Source: Candidatus Entotheonellaceae bacterium (GTDB lineage Bacteria > Tectomicrobia > Entotheonellia > Entotheonellales > Entotheonellaceae). From it: DNA of 64,000 bases. Position 1 is the first letter of the stretch. Each line of letters begins with the position of its first letter. The notes under the pieces are model-generated. The model ran no database searches and was not told the origin of the DNA. It was given only the letters and a program-made list of their open reading frames with translations. Where the stretch lies: positions 640,001-704,000 of the forward strand of contig OZ250173.1 in NCBI GenBank assembly GCA_965238075.1, in the 5' to 3' direction. This document shows, piece by piece, positions 10,854 through 21,084 of this stretch. A program made the position numbers and the translations under genes.

Positions 10854-10934
10854 CGTTACCCCGGCGAAGACCGGGGTCCGGGAAGATTTTGGTGGCACAA
10901 CTGTCCTGGATTCCGGCTTGTGCCGGAATGGCGG
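10854..10934. repeat. REP-like palindrome pair (GTCATTCCGG...GGAATCC type)
   Basis: ccccggcgaagaccgggg and ttccggcttgtgccggaa hairpins; related copy at 59184-59212. Confidence 0.6.
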
Positions 10935-10955
10935 CATGAGAGCGTGGTAGCTCCC

Positions 10956-12377
10956 CTAATGCCCACCCTGTGGCGGGCTTGTCTCAGGGCTCTGCGGCCC
11001 TGACATCGGCGCTCTCGGGTCTCCCGGTAAGCGGCCGCTCAACAGGTGTTCGAGGTCGTTGCGCGCCAGCCAGTAATCCCTCAAGGCCTTGATGTAGTCC
11101 CCGGCGCTTTGAATCTGCCGTTCCTGCGCCTGCAGGAGTCGAAAGACGCCGAGCTGCATGGCGTTGTAATGCAAAAACGTCTCGTTGAGGATGCGCTCGC
11201 GCAGTGGCAGCACGATGTCGCGGTAGTATAACGCCCGCTGCCGGGCAGCCTGCAGGCGCTCGCGCAGCCGCCGGGCCACCGAACGAATCCGCACGGCGAG
11301 TGCGTAGTAGGCGTGTTGGCTACGGCGCAGTTCCACCGCCGCCCGGCCGACTCGCGCCTGGCCCTGATCGAACAGCGGCAGGGCAAACTCGAGCGTCGGT
11401 CCGGCCGACCAGTCGCCCGCCTCGCGCTCCCCGACAACGCCCAGCTCGATATCCGGTACAAGGGCTGCGCTGCGTTGCAAGCCCATCCGCGCTCCGGCAA
11501 TGAATATGCTTTGCCGTGCGCTGGCCAGGTCGAGACTGCTTTGCACAGCGCGTGCTTCGACAGCTTCCAGAGAGACCGGTGTTTCCGGCGGCTCGGCAAG
11601 CCGTTGGCCGGCTTTCCAGACGACCACCGATTCCCCCCATAAACCCATCGTCGTGTTCAGCTGTTCGCGGCCATCCAGGAGGGCCATCTCGGCGCTGGAA
11701 AGCGCCAGCTTGGCCGCCTCGAGCAGGGCGTGCTCGCGCATCAGGTCAAGATCGCTGATGTTGCCGGCGGTGTGAAGCCGCTGCGTTACGTCCCACCTGA
11801 GGCTGAGGCCGTCGACGATCGCCTGCTGCAAACCCAGCATTTGCGAACTGGCCTGATGGCGATAGAAGTCGGTCCGCGCCTTGGCGGCAAAATCCAGCAC
11901 CGCCCCGGTGACGCGCAGTTTGGCGTCTTCAAACTGCGCCGCGGCGACGCGTCGGCGTAGCGGGATCATGAACACACCGAGAAAATCCAGAGCGGCACCG
12001 AGTTCCAGGACTGCCGCGCCGCCGCCGACCGGAACCGCAGCGCCTACTCCAAACAGCGGGTTCCTCAGCAGTCCGGCCTGCACCAGGTCGGCCTGCGCAA
12101 CCCCTAAATCCGCGTATAACGCCTGCAGGGATCGGTTGCTGAGCAGTGCGACCCGCACCGCTCTATCGGCGGTCAACTCCTGCTCCAAAAGGTTCCGCAG
12201 CTCTTGCTCAGCCTCGGTATCGAGCTCCGTGCCGAGGTTCCACACGACCCGTTGGCCGGTGCGCTCCCGCACCGCCTCCTTGACATCCGAAAAACCGGTG
12301 AGCGGATCGAACGTGGCACAACCACCGAGCACCGCCACAAGCAGCAGCCCGCAAGCCAGCCTCCCCGGCCTTGTCAT
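10956..12377 (-). CDS. TolC-family outer-membrane efflux lipoprotein (copper cluster)
   Basis: Lipobox LGGC, ADLVQAGLLRNP, LPLFDQGQ helical OEP repeats. Confidence 0.88.
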   Translation of the reverse strand: MTRPGRLACGLLLVAVLGGCATFDPLTGFSDVKEAVRERTGQRVVWNLGTELDTEAEQELRNLLEQELTADRAVRVALLSNRSLQALYADLGVAQADLVQAGLLRNPLFGVGAAVPVGGGAAVLELGAALDFLGVFMIPLRRRVAAAQFEDAKLRVTGAVLDFAAKARTDFYRHQASSQMLGLQQAIVDGLSLRWDVTQRLHTAGNISDLDLMREHALLEAAKLALSSAEMALLDGREQLNTTMGLWGESVVVWKAGQRLAEPPETPVSLEAVEARAVQSSLDLASARQSIFIAGARMGLQRSAALVPDIELGVVGEREAGDWSAGPTLEFALPLFDQGQARVGRAAVELRRSQHAYYALAVRIRSVARRLRERLQAARQRALYYRDIVLPLRERILNETFLHYNAMQLGVFRLLQAQERQIQSAGDYIKALRDYWLARNDLEHLLSGRLPGDPRAPMSGPQSPETSPPQGGH

Positions 12378-12904
12378 GGCGTCAATTTTTCGAGGGCGAT
12401 GATCGTGCCTGTCGCCGTGTTGATGGTGAAGCGCACCCCGTCGCCGGGCTGAACGTGATCGAGCAGCGACGGCGCATGGACTCGAAATCCCATGGTCATG
12501 GCGCCCATGAACCCTTCGATTTCCTCGTGATCGATGACGACCTGTTGTGTGCCGGGCACCAGTGCCACCACGGTCCCCTCGCCGACGACGGTCTGTTGCC
12601 CCTCCATGGGCATAGCATCGTGCTCCATGGCATGGGTGCCCTCCATCTCCGTAGACATGTCATCGCGGGGCGTGTCATCAGCACTGACCGTCAGCGTCGG
12701 AGATGGGGGCCGGGGCGGAGCGGCCGCAGCCTGTGGGTGGGCGGGATGAGCGGTGCCTGGCAGCGGCGTGGTGTAGGCGGCGCATCCGTTGAGAAATGTG
12801 AAGCACACGAAAGCCGTCAAGACCGCACGCCCCACAGGTCGGATTAGCGCAGTGTAATCCGACATTGCCGCAGAGGTGTGCGTTCTGTGCCAGTTGCTAC
12901 TCAT
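12374..12904 (-). CDS. CusF-like copper-binding lipoprotein
   Basis: Lipobox LNGC; IDHEEIEGFMGAMTMGF CusF-type motif; start uncertain (12904, 12865 or GTG 12835). Confidence 0.8.
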   Translation of the reverse strand: MSSNWHRTHTSAAMSDYTALIRPVGRAVLTAFVCFTFLNGCAAYTTPLPGTAHPAHPQAAAAPPRPPSPTLTVSADDTPRDDMSTEMEGTHAMEHDAMPMEGQQTVVGEGTVVALVPGTQQVVIDHEEIEGFMGAMTMGFRVHAPSLLDHVQPGDGVRFTINTATGTIIALEKLTP

Positions 12905-13604
12905 GGACGGGCTCCTCAATCTTGATGGTGGTTTGTTGCCGCGTGTCGATGGTGAACAGGATCGTCTCACCGGGCTTGGCGTGATGCAGCAGCGACGCCG
13001 GATCGACCTTGTATCCCATCGTCATGGCCTCCATGAAACCCTCGATTTTCTCGTGGTCCACAACGATCTGCTGCCGGTCCGGAAGCAGGGCAACCACATT
13101 GCCTCTGCCCACCACCATGCGGGGCATGGCGGCCATGTCGAATCCGTTGTGAAACGCCGCATGCACATAGGCGAGGACACTCCATCGCTGGTCCTCGCTG
13201 AGCAGTGTCTTGAACGCCGGCATGGCCGACTTGAAGGGCTCCACCGCGCCACCCTCGCTGACGCGCCAGAACAGATAGGCGTCCCCTTCACCGGGCCGCG
13301 TGTGAAAGTGGTGGGTGAGGTCGGCGGGCGGATGTTCCAGGGCATTTGCAAAGGGGGTCGTGCCGCGGCCGTCGCTGCCGGGGCACACGATGCAGTGGGT
13401 GTCGTACAGCGCCTTGCCGCGCGCGATGGCGCCGTCGTCGGACCAGCGGCGGCTGGTCTTGGCGGCGTACGCCGGCGGTAGAGTTTGCCACGCCCTGTAC
13501 TTGTGCGTGCCGTGATGGTCGTGTGCCTCCGTTGCCGACAGAGTGCCCGCCGTCACGGCGGACAGCAGGATGGCAAGGCTCAATCCGACAATTGATCGCT
13601 GCAT
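12897..13604 (-). CDS. cytochrome c-like domain fused to CusF-like domain (haem motif reads CxxCP)
   Basis: Signal peptide, GKALYDTHCIVCPGSDGRG, LFWRVSEG, SAMPAF, C-terminal DHEKIEGFMEAMTMGY. Confidence 0.82.
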   Translation of the reverse strand: MQRSIVGLSLAILLSAVTAGTLSATEAHDHHGTHKYRAWQTLPPAYAAKTSRRWSDDGAIARGKALYDTHCIVCPGSDGRGTTPFANALEHPPADLTHHFHTRPGEGDAYLFWRVSEGGAVEPFKSAMPAFKTLLSEDQRWSVLAYVHAAFHNGFDMAAMPRMVVGRGNVVALLPDRQQIVVDHEKIEGFMEAMTMGYKVDPASLLHHAKPGETILFTIDTRQQTTIKIEEPVHE

Positions 13605-13680
13605 GGAGCGCTCCTTTTCTCCCTCACCCCCGCCCCTTTCCCGGTGAAAAGAGGGGTTCCATGTGAATCGTCGTGTGGGG

Positions 13681-14772
13681 TCAGCAGGCCAAACCGGCGT
13701 CGATACGGGCCTGCAGGCGCGGCAGCACCGTCTGTCTCACCCGCACGCATTCTTCGACGTGCGGAAAGCCGGACAGGATAAACTCGTCAACGCCGAGCCG
13801 CCAGTATTCATAGAGTTCCTGCGCCACCTGCTGCGGGGTGCCGACGATGGCCGTGCCGCAGTTCACCCGCACGGTGGCAAGGCCATTCCACAAATGCCTT
13901 CCGAGCCGATGCCGGTCCGCATCCGCGCCCGGCGTCGACTGCTCACCAACCGCCACCGCCTGACGCTGCCGCAGCACCTCGGGATCGGCGTCGGCAATCA
14001 GGCGATGCGCTGCGTCCCATGCCTCATCAGCGTCGTCGCGCACGATCAGGTGGGTGCGCAGACCGAATGCCGGTGCGCGGCCGCATGCTTCGTAAGCCGC
14101 CCGCAACCGCGCAATGCGTGCCGCAATCTGCTCCAACGGCTCGATCCACAGCAGATACACGTCCGCCTCGCGCGCCGCCAGCGCCTCGGCACGCGGCGAC
14201 GCCCCGCCCTGGTAAAAACGCGGTGTTCCGAACGGTGTCGGCATACAGCGGGCGCCACGCAGCGTCAGGTGCTGGCCGGCAAAATCGGTCAGTTCCCCCG
14301 TCCATAGCATCCTGCAGGCGCGCATCAATTCCTCCGCCTGCTCATAGCGTCCGGTGTGGTCGCTATCCACCCCGAGCCGCTCAAAATCGTGCCGAATACC
14401 GCCGGGCACGATGTTGATATCCACCCTGCCGCGGCTGATCTGGTCCAGCGTCGCCACCATCTTGGCCAACAAGCCGGCGGCGATGAACCCCGGCCGCACG
14501 GCAATCAGGAAGCGGATGCGTGTCGTCACCATCGCCAGCGCCGTAGCCGTCGTCCACGTTTCCACCAGCGGCGCGGCCTCGTCGAACAGGCCGTTGACGA
14601 AGCGCGTGGGAATCAGCAGGGCGTCAAAACCCTGCGCTTCCGCCGTCCGCACCACCCGTGTCAGGTAGTCGAAATCCGGCGGCCGTTCGGCCCGCGCCGT
14701 GCCCAGCCGGACCCCGTCACCGTCAATGGGAATGAACCAGTCGAACAGCGGTTGCGGACGCGCTGCTGACAT
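13681..14772 (-). CDS. LLM-class flavin-dependent monooxygenase (SsuD-like)
   Basis: WFIPIDGDG, FLIAVRPG, TLDQISRGRVDINIV, GGASP, FILSGFPH. Confidence 0.9.
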   Translation of the reverse strand: MSAARPQPLFDWFIPIDGDGVRLGTARAERPPDFDYLTRVVRTAEAQGFDALLIPTRFVNGLFDEAAPLVETWTTATALAMVTTRIRFLIAVRPGFIAAGLLAKMVATLDQISRGRVDINIVPGGIRHDFERLGVDSDHTGRYEQAEELMRACRMLWTGELTDFAGQHLTLRGARCMPTPFGTPRFYQGGASPRAEALAAREADVYLLWIEPLEQIAARIARLRAAYEACGRAPAFGLRTHLIVRDDADEAWDAAHRLIADADPEVLRQRQAVAVGEQSTPGADADRHRLGRHLWNGLATVRVNCGTAIVGTPQQVAQELYEYWRLGVDEFILSGFPHVEECVRVRQTVLPRLQARIDAGLAC

Positions 14773-15039
14773 GCCGTTTTCTCCTCTCCAAACCCCCAAT
14801 CCCGCCTGGCAGACACGACGATCGGGGCGGATTTCAAACCCGCCCGTGTTGGCCCAACGCCGCGCGGCGTCGTTTTGACTTGGCCTGTGGATTTCATTAT
14901 AGTGCATCGCTTTGTAATTCCTGTATCAAGACAACGGCAGGGGCATGCGGCGCTTCGGTTTCCCTCGCCCCTTGCAAGCGGGTCGGCGCCCCAATGAGAG
15001 CGCGGCCCGGAGACGTGCAATCGCATGAGGAGAGGCACG

Positions 15040-16455
15040 ATGACGGCTTCTGACGTTTATTACATGGACGCGCGCAGCGAGTCGCCCCAGACCGGTCTGG
15101 TGGCCAAGATGCTGACCGTATTCGAGGAAGCGGGGCTTGACGCGATGATCAAGCCGAACGACCTCGTGGCCATCAAAATTCACTGCGGCGAGTGGAACAA
15201 CACCGCCTACCTGCGGCCTGTCTACCCGCGCGCCCTAGCCGACCGTATCAAGGAGCTCGGCGGACGGCCCTTCGTGTGCGACACCACCACCCTCACCTAT
15301 TCGCCCTACGCCTCGCGGGCGACCGAGCTCGACATCATGATGACCGCCGAGCGCAACGGCTTCAGCTCCGCGGTGCTGGGCTGCCCGTTCATCTGCGCCG
15401 ACGGCTTCATCGGCACCAGCGACTACCGCGTCGACGTGCCGACCGGCTACCTGCTCAAAGAAGCCTTCATCGCCCAGGCGGTTGCCGCTGCCGACGTGCT
15501 GATCTGCCTCACCCACTTCAAGGGGCACCCCATGGGCGTCATCGGCGGCGCCATCAAGAACCTCGGCATCGGCTGCCAGTCCAAGCGCGGCAAGCACAAC
15601 GTGCACCTCGGCGGACACCCCAAGTACAGCGTTGCCAACTCGGCCATCTGGCACCCCGAAAACTTCAAGGGCAAGGCCGACACGCCGGACTGGAGCATCC
15701 TCGAAGAGTGCTGTCCCTACCACCTGTTCAAGGTCGAAGAGGACACGATTGAGTGGGACCGCGCCGCCTGCACCAGCTGCCTGGGCTGCCTCGGCATCAT
15801 GGCGCCGCGCGGCTTGTTCGAATTTCCGGAAGAGACGTTTGCCGCCACCGACGCCTCCATCGCTGATGGCGCCTTGGGCGCCGTGCTGGCGGTGGGCCGC
15901 GAAAAGTGCGGCTTCATCAACTTGGCGATCGACATCTCGCCGCGCTGCGACTGCGTGAACTTCTCCGACATGCCGGTGGTGCCGAACCTCGGCGTGTTCG
16001 CCAGCACGGACGCGGTGGCCATCGACATGGCATGCCTGGACAAGGTGCGCGAGTCGCATGGCATGCCGGGCTCGATTGCGGAGGATTTCGATTTGCTGGA
16101 AGCCGGTCAGAAGAAGTTCGAGACGGTGTCGGCCACGGTGCACGGCCTCAGCGAGGAAGCCCAGATCAACACGGGCACCCTGAACGGCCTCGGCAGCCGC
16201 GACTACAACCTCATCGAGGCGGAACCGCAGCCGGCCAGCCGCCACCTGTTCGCGCTGGACAAGCGGCCCAGCGGCGTGCGCTTCGGTGCCAAGTTCATGA
16301 AATTCTCGCCCTTCCCGTACGATCGCTACGATGGCCAGGGCTTCCTGCGCGAGCAGGAAGTGGACACGGAGTTCGTCAAGACCTGGCATGGCAACGGGAA
16401 TGGCGGCGTGCCGGGCGCCTCGGGTACTGTTGAAGAGGCGGCCACGGGCGATTAA
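15040..16455 (+). CDS. DUF362 family Fe-S protein
   Basis: VAIKIHCGE, THFKGH, GGAIKNLGIGC, CxxCxxC, SPRCDC, ASTDAVAID. Confidence 0.85.
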   Translation: MTASDVYYMDARSESPQTGLVAKMLTVFEEAGLDAMIKPNDLVAIKIHCGEWNNTAYLRPVYPRALADRIKELGGRPFVCDTTTLTYSPYASRATELDIMMTAERNGFSSAVLGCPFICADGFIGTSDYRVDVPTGYLLKEAFIAQAVAAADVLICLTHFKGHPMGVIGGAIKNLGIGCQSKRGKHNVHLGGHPKYSVANSAIWHPENFKGKADTPDWSILEECCPYHLFKVEEDTIEWDRAACTSCLGCLGIMAPRGLFEFPEETFAATDASIADGALGAVLAVGREKCGFINLAIDISPRCDCVNFSDMPVVPNLGVFASTDAVAIDMACLDKVRESHGMPGSIAEDFDLLEAGQKKFETVSATVHGLSEEAQINTGTLNGLGSRDYNLIEAEPQPASRHLFALDKRPSGVRFGAKFMKFSPFPYDRYDGQGFLREQEVDTEFVKTWHGNGNGGVPGASGTVEEAATGD

Positions 16456-16464
16456 ACGTCCTGC

Positions 16465-16514
16465 GGACGCGGCGTGCAAGGCCCGGTTCGGGGCCGCACG
16501 CCGCGCCCTTTGTT
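16465..16514 (+). terminator. probable intrinsic terminator
   Basis: GC-rich hairpin gcggcgtgc...gcacgccgc followed by ccctttgtt just after the stop codon. Confidence 0.6.
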
Positions 16515-16531
16515 AGTTCTCACTTCAAATT

Positions 16532-16673
16532 CCCCCCCTCACCCCAACCCTCTCCCGCCAAGGGAGAGGGAACAGGAATAAGACCCCCAGAGAGGGAATA
16601 GCAATCCTCCCCGATCAAAGAGGACAGGATGCGAGTTCCCTCCTCCCTTGAGGGGGAGGGCCAGGGTGGGGGG
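16532..16673. repeat. REP-like pair (CCCTCACCCCAACCCTCTCCC...GGGAGAGGG type)
   Basis: Two inverted palindromic units; related copies near 13620-13657 and 21009-21073. Confidence 0.7.
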
Positions 16674-16704
16674 AAGTATGAACCGGTTATTTCAGGAGGT
16701 AGAC

Positions 16705-17046
16705 ATGGCAGCGGTCACGAAAGGTTTGGAGAACCTGCAAGAGGCTATCAGCACGTGCGAGCAGCTGGACGCCAGCCTGTCCGCCGCCACCGATGCCGAG
16801 GCGGTGAAGGCGAAGAGCGTGGTGCAGGAAACACTCACGGCGTTTAATGATGTCAGCGACAAATTTTTCCTCAAGACCATGATGAGCGTGCCGCCCACCA
16901 AGGCTTGCCGGGTGGAAGCCGCGGCAGTGGCGTCCGTGGTGTCCGAGCAGAAATGGGACAGCCTGCCGGGCGCCCTGGAGAAGTTGCAAAAGGCCACCAA
17001 GACGCTGGTGACCAAGGCCAAGATGGACGGGACGACGATTACATGA
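16705..17046 (+). CDS. small helical hypothetical protein
   Basis: AGGAGG RBS; stop overlaps next start (ATGA). Confidence 0.75.
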   Translation: MAAVTKGLENLQEAISTCEQLDASLSAATDAEAVKAKSVVQETLTAFNDVSDKFFLKTMMSVPPTKACRVEAAAVASVVSEQKWDSLPGALEKLQKATKTLVTKAKMDGTTIT

Positions 17047-17930
17047 GCGGTCCGATCCTGATCACCGGAGGCGCCGGCAGCGTGGGCCGCAGCTTGGTAG
17101 CCTGCTGCCGCGCCGACGGCTATGCGGTGCGCGTTTTCGACCTGCCGGTGTGCGACTTTACGGGCCTGGAAGGCGAAACGGGAATCGAGGTCGTCAAGGG
17201 CGACATTACGAAGCCGGAGCACGTCGAAGCCGCGGTGCAAGGGGTGAGCAGCGTCCTGCACTTGGCGGCACTGCTGCCGCCGGCCAGCGAGGCCGACCGG
17301 TCACGGACGTTTGCCGTCAACGTGGACGGCACCGCCACCATCATCAGTGCCATGCAAGCCGCCGCCAGCGACGCCGTGCTGGTGTTCAGCTCGTCGGTGA
17401 GTACTTATGGCGACACCACCGCCGAATCCCCGCCGCTGGGGGTTTCGCATCCCCAAACGGCCCTCGACCTCTACGCCGAAAGCAAGATCGCCAGCGAGCG
17501 ACTGGTGCGGGAATCCTCCCTGCCGGTGGTGGTTCTGCGCATTGCCGGCATCGCCGTGCCGGTTCTGCAGGAACCCCCCGAGGTGTGGCCGTTCACCGCC
17601 GAGCAACGCCTTGAAATGGTACAGCGTGACGATGTAGTGACCGCGCTCTACAAGGCCCTCATTACCCCAAAAGCGCGGGGTCAGACCCTGAACATTGCCG
17701 GCGGGCCGACTTGGCAGACGACCGGACGCCGGTATGTCGCCGACCTGTACGACATCATCGGCGTGCCGCTTGAGATGGCGGCATTCCGCGGCCAGGACGA
17801 GCCCGGCTGGGTCGACTGGTACGATACCGAGTTGTCGCAGCAACTGCTTGGCTATCAAGACCACTCGTATTCGACCTACCTCGACACCCTGCGTTCGGAA
17901 GTCGCCCGTTTGTTGGAAGACGACTGTTGA
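17043..17930 (+). CDS. NAD-dependent epimerase/dehydratase (extended SDR)
   Basis: ITGGAGSVG, HLAA, SSS, YAESK. Confidence 0.9.
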   Translation: MSGPILITGGAGSVGRSLVACCRADGYAVRVFDLPVCDFTGLEGETGIEVVKGDITKPEHVEAAVQGVSSVLHLAALLPPASEADRSRTFAVNVDGTATIISAMQAAASDAVLVFSSSVSTYGDTTAESPPLGVSHPQTALDLYAESKIASERLVRESSLPVVVLRIAGIAVPVLQEPPEVWPFTAEQRLEMVQRDDVVTALYKALITPKARGQTLNIAGGPTWQTTGRRYVADLYDIIGVPLEMAAFRGQDEPGWVDWYDTELSQQLLGYQDHSYSTYLDTLRSEVARLLEDDC

Positions 17931-17952
17931 GCGTTTGAGAAGAGGCACGTTG

Positions 17953-20328
17953 ATGGCCATTATGTCACCCCCCTCTGCCCCGCCTGCCGCGGCTGACCGC
18001 GAAACCATCACTACCCTGGAAACCATCGCGCAGCGCGTCCTGTGGCTGTCGACGTACATGATCCACTACGCCAACAAGATTCGCCCGAACCCGGACGGCC
18101 TCAAGGTCGGCGGGCACCAGGCGAGCTGCGCCTCGTCGGTCAATTTGATGACGGCGCTGTATTTTGGCGTCCTCCGGCCCGAGGACCACGTGGCGGTGAA
18201 GCCGCACGCCGCGCCGGTGCTTCATGCCATTCAATACCTCCTCGGCAACCTGCCGCGCCGCATGCTGACCACCCTGCGTGATTTCGGCGGCCTGCAGGCC
18301 TATCCCAGCCGCACCAAGGACCCGGACGGCGTGACGATTTCCACCGGCTCGGTCGGCCTGGGCGCCGCGGCGACGGTTTTCGGCGCCCTGACGCAGCGTT
18401 ACGTGCGCGATCACTTTGGCAAGACCGACGGCCAAGGGCGCTACATCGCCCTGGTCGGCGACGCCGAAATCGACGAGGGCAACATCCCGGAAGCCATCGG
18501 CGAGGCCAGCGCCTACGGCTTGAACAATCTGTGGTGGATCATCGACATCAACCGGCAGAGCCTCGATCACATCGCCCCGGAGGGCCAGGTGATGCAGATC
18601 GCGCGGCTGTTCGAGGCCAAGGGCTGGGAGGTGTTATGGCTCAAGTACGGCAGCCAGCAGCAGGCATTTTTCAAGCGACCGGGCGGCGACGGATTGCGGC
18701 AGTGGATCGATTCGTGCAGCAACGCCGAATACCAGAGCCTGCTGAACGCCGACGGCTCGGAGATTCGCCGCGCCGTGATCGATTGGGCGGCCGGCGCGGC
18801 GGCCGGCACGGACATGCGCAGCGTCCTGGCCGACGTGCCGGATGCCACCCTCATGGACCTGCTGATGGACCTCGGCGGGCACGACATCCCGGAGATTCTC
18901 AAGACGTTCGCCGCCGCTGAGGCCATCGCCGACCGGCCGGTCGTCATCATGGCCTATACCATCAAGGGCTGGGGGCTGCCGATTGCCGGGCATATCGACA
19001 ACCACGCCGCCCAGCTGACGTCGGCGCACATCGCCGCCCTGCAAGAACAGCACGGCATCGCCGAGGGCCACGAGTGGGACGGCTACGAAGAGCCGGACCC
19101 CATTGCCGGATGGATCAAACAGCGGCAGATATTCGGACGGAATGGCCGAAAGCACCCGCCGACACCCCCGAGCCCGCCGCCGATTCCCGAAACGCTGGAC
19201 ATCCCCTTCCCCGAGCGCGCCGCCACGCAGGGGGCGTTCGGCCATATCCTGGTGGCACTGAATGAATACGAGGACGTGGCGGCGCGGCTCGTTACCACCT
19301 CGCCCGACGTGGCGGTATCGACGAACCTGGCCAACTGGATCAACAAGCGCGGCATCTACGCGCCCGCCGAGAAGCCCAACTACTGGGCCAAGTACGACGT
19401 CACCAGCCTGCTGCGTTGGCAGGAAACCGCCTCCGGGCAGCACATCGAGCTCGGCATTGCGGAGAATAATTTCTACCTGGCCCTGACGATGCTGGGTCTG
19501 TCCTACGAATTCAACGGCGAGCTGTTGCTGCCCGTCGGCACCGTGTACGATCCCTTCGTGGCGCGCGGCCTGGACGCCCTAACCTATGGGACCTACGTGG
19601 GGGCGAAGTTCCTTTTCGCGGGCACCCCGTCGGGGCTGAGCCTGAACCGCGAGGGTGGCGCGCACCAATCGATCTACACGCCGCTGGTGGGCATGGGCAT
19701 GCCGGGCTTGATTTACTACGAGCCGGCTTACGCCGCTGAGTTGGAGTGCATGATGTGCTGGGGACTGCGGCAGCTGGCGGACCGCGACAACGGCCAGAGC
19801 CTGTACCTGCGGCTGTCCACCCGGCCGATTACGCAGGCGGTGCGCCACTCGACCCCGGAATGGCGGCGGCAGGTCTTGGCCGGCGGCTACTGGCTGCGCG
19901 ATTACCGCCAGGAGCGCGACTACGCCGAGCGCCCGCGCGTGCACCTGTTCGCGTCCGGCGTCATGTTGGAGGAGGCGTTGCAGGCCAGCGATCTGGCTTG
20001 CGAGGACGGCATTTACGTCAACGTCATCAACGTCACCAGCGCCGACCGCTTGTTCAGCGACCACTTCGAGGCCGCCAGCTCCGGGGCCGGTTCTTCCTAC
20101 CTCGACGAGTTGCTTCCCGCCGCCGACCGCCAAACCCCGGCGATCACCCTGCTCGACGGACATCCCCTGACGCTCGCCTGGCTCGGCACCGTCTTCAACG
20201 CCCCGCTCAAGCCCTTGGGCGTGGTGCAATTCGGCCAGACCGGCTCGGTGCAGGAGCTGTATCACCAGCACCGCATCGACACGGACGCCGTCCTCACCGC
20301 GATTGTTCAGATTTTATTCGGCCAATAA
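17953..20328 (+). CDS. AceE-like pyruvate dehydrogenase E1/transketolase-type ThDP enzyme
   Basis: KVGGHQASCAS, GLQAYPS, STGSVGLG, GDAEIDEG...NRQSLD, ELGIAE, EGGAHQS. Confidence 0.88.
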   Translation: MAIMSPPSAPPAAADRETITTLETIAQRVLWLSTYMIHYANKIRPNPDGLKVGGHQASCASSVNLMTALYFGVLRPEDHVAVKPHAAPVLHAIQYLLGNLPRRMLTTLRDFGGLQAYPSRTKDPDGVTISTGSVGLGAAATVFGALTQRYVRDHFGKTDGQGRYIALVGDAEIDEGNIPEAIGEASAYGLNNLWWIIDINRQSLDHIAPEGQVMQIARLFEAKGWEVLWLKYGSQQQAFFKRPGGDGLRQWIDSCSNAEYQSLLNADGSEIRRAVIDWAAGAAAGTDMRSVLADVPDATLMDLLMDLGGHDIPEILKTFAAAEAIADRPVVIMAYTIKGWGLPIAGHIDNHAAQLTSAHIAALQEQHGIAEGHEWDGYEEPDPIAGWIKQRQIFGRNGRKHPPTPPSPPPIPETLDIPFPERAATQGAFGHILVALNEYEDVAARLVTTSPDVAVSTNLANWINKRGIYAPAEKPNYWAKYDVTSLLRWQETASGQHIELGIAENNFYLALTMLGLSYEFNGELLLPVGTVYDPFVARGLDALTYGTYVGAKFLFAGTPSGLSLNREGGAHQSIYTPLVGMGMPGLIYYEPAYAAELECMMCWGLRQLADRDNGQSLYLRLSTRPITQAVRHSTPEWRRQVLAGGYWLRDYRQERDYAERPRVHLFASGVMLEEALQASDLACEDGIYVNVINVTSADRLFSDHFEAASSGAGSSYLDELLPAADRQTPAITLLDGHPLTLAWLGTVFNAPLKPLGVVQFGQTGSVQELYHQHRIDTDAVLTAIVQILFGQ

Positions 20329-20970
20329 ACGGCTCAACTGCTGGGTTGCCGTGCACGGATCGGGCACTGCCAGGACGGCGCGGATCATGGCGACGCCGTG
20401 CGCCCCGGTTTGTCGCACCTGCGGCAAGTTGGCGGGCGTGATGCCGCCGATACCCAGCACGGGTATCGAAACCTCGCGCACCACCGCGGCCAGTTGAGAA
20501 AGCCCCTGCGGCGGGCCGTAGGCCAGTTTGGAGGGGGTTGCGAAGACGGGGCCGAACACCACGAAGTCGGCGCCGTCCTCCGCGGCTTGGCGCGCTGCGT
20601 CGAGGCTGTGGGTGGAAACGCCAAGGAGCTTGTCGGGTCCCAGCGCGCGGCGGGCCGTTCGGGTGGGCAGGGAATGGCCAGCAAGGTGAACGCCTTCAGC
20701 GTTCAGGGCCAGAGCGACATCAAGGCGGTCGTTGATCAGCAGCGGAACTCGGTAGGGACTTAACACCTCTTGCAGGCATGCGCCCATATCGTAGAGCTCA
20801 CGGGCGCTGAGATCCTTCTCCCGCAACTGAACAGCCCCCGCCCCGCCGCGCGCCGCCGCGGCAACCACTTCCGCCAAGGGGCGCCCGGCGGTTTGGTGCC
20901 GGTCGGTCACCACGTAGAGGCGAAAGCCGGGGCCATGCGTTCCCCTACTCTGCCGGGTGTTAACTGGCAT
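20314..20970 (-). CDS. thiE: thiamine phosphate synthase (ThiE/TenI)
   Basis: VQLREK, LINDRLDVA, GVHL, GVSTHS, TPSK, GIGGI; in thi operon. Confidence 0.88.
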   Translation of the reverse strand: MPVNTRQSRGTHGPGFRLYVVTDRHQTAGRPLAEVVAAAARGGAGAVQLREKDLSARELYDMGACLQEVLSPYRVPLLINDRLDVALALNAEGVHLAGHSLPTRTARRALGPDKLLGVSTHSLDAARQAAEDGADFVVFGPVFATPSKLAYGPPQGLSQLAAVVREVSIPVLGIGGITPANLPQVRQTGAHGVAMIRAVLAVPDPCTATQQLSRLLAE

Positions 20971-21084
20971 ACCATTTCTCTCTCAACGAGAAAGCCGAGG
21001 CCATACATCCCTCTCCCCTTTGAAGGGTTCACTTCCTCCATTCCCCTCCCCGTGGGAGGGGTCAGGGGAGGGTCCTGCGGCTTC

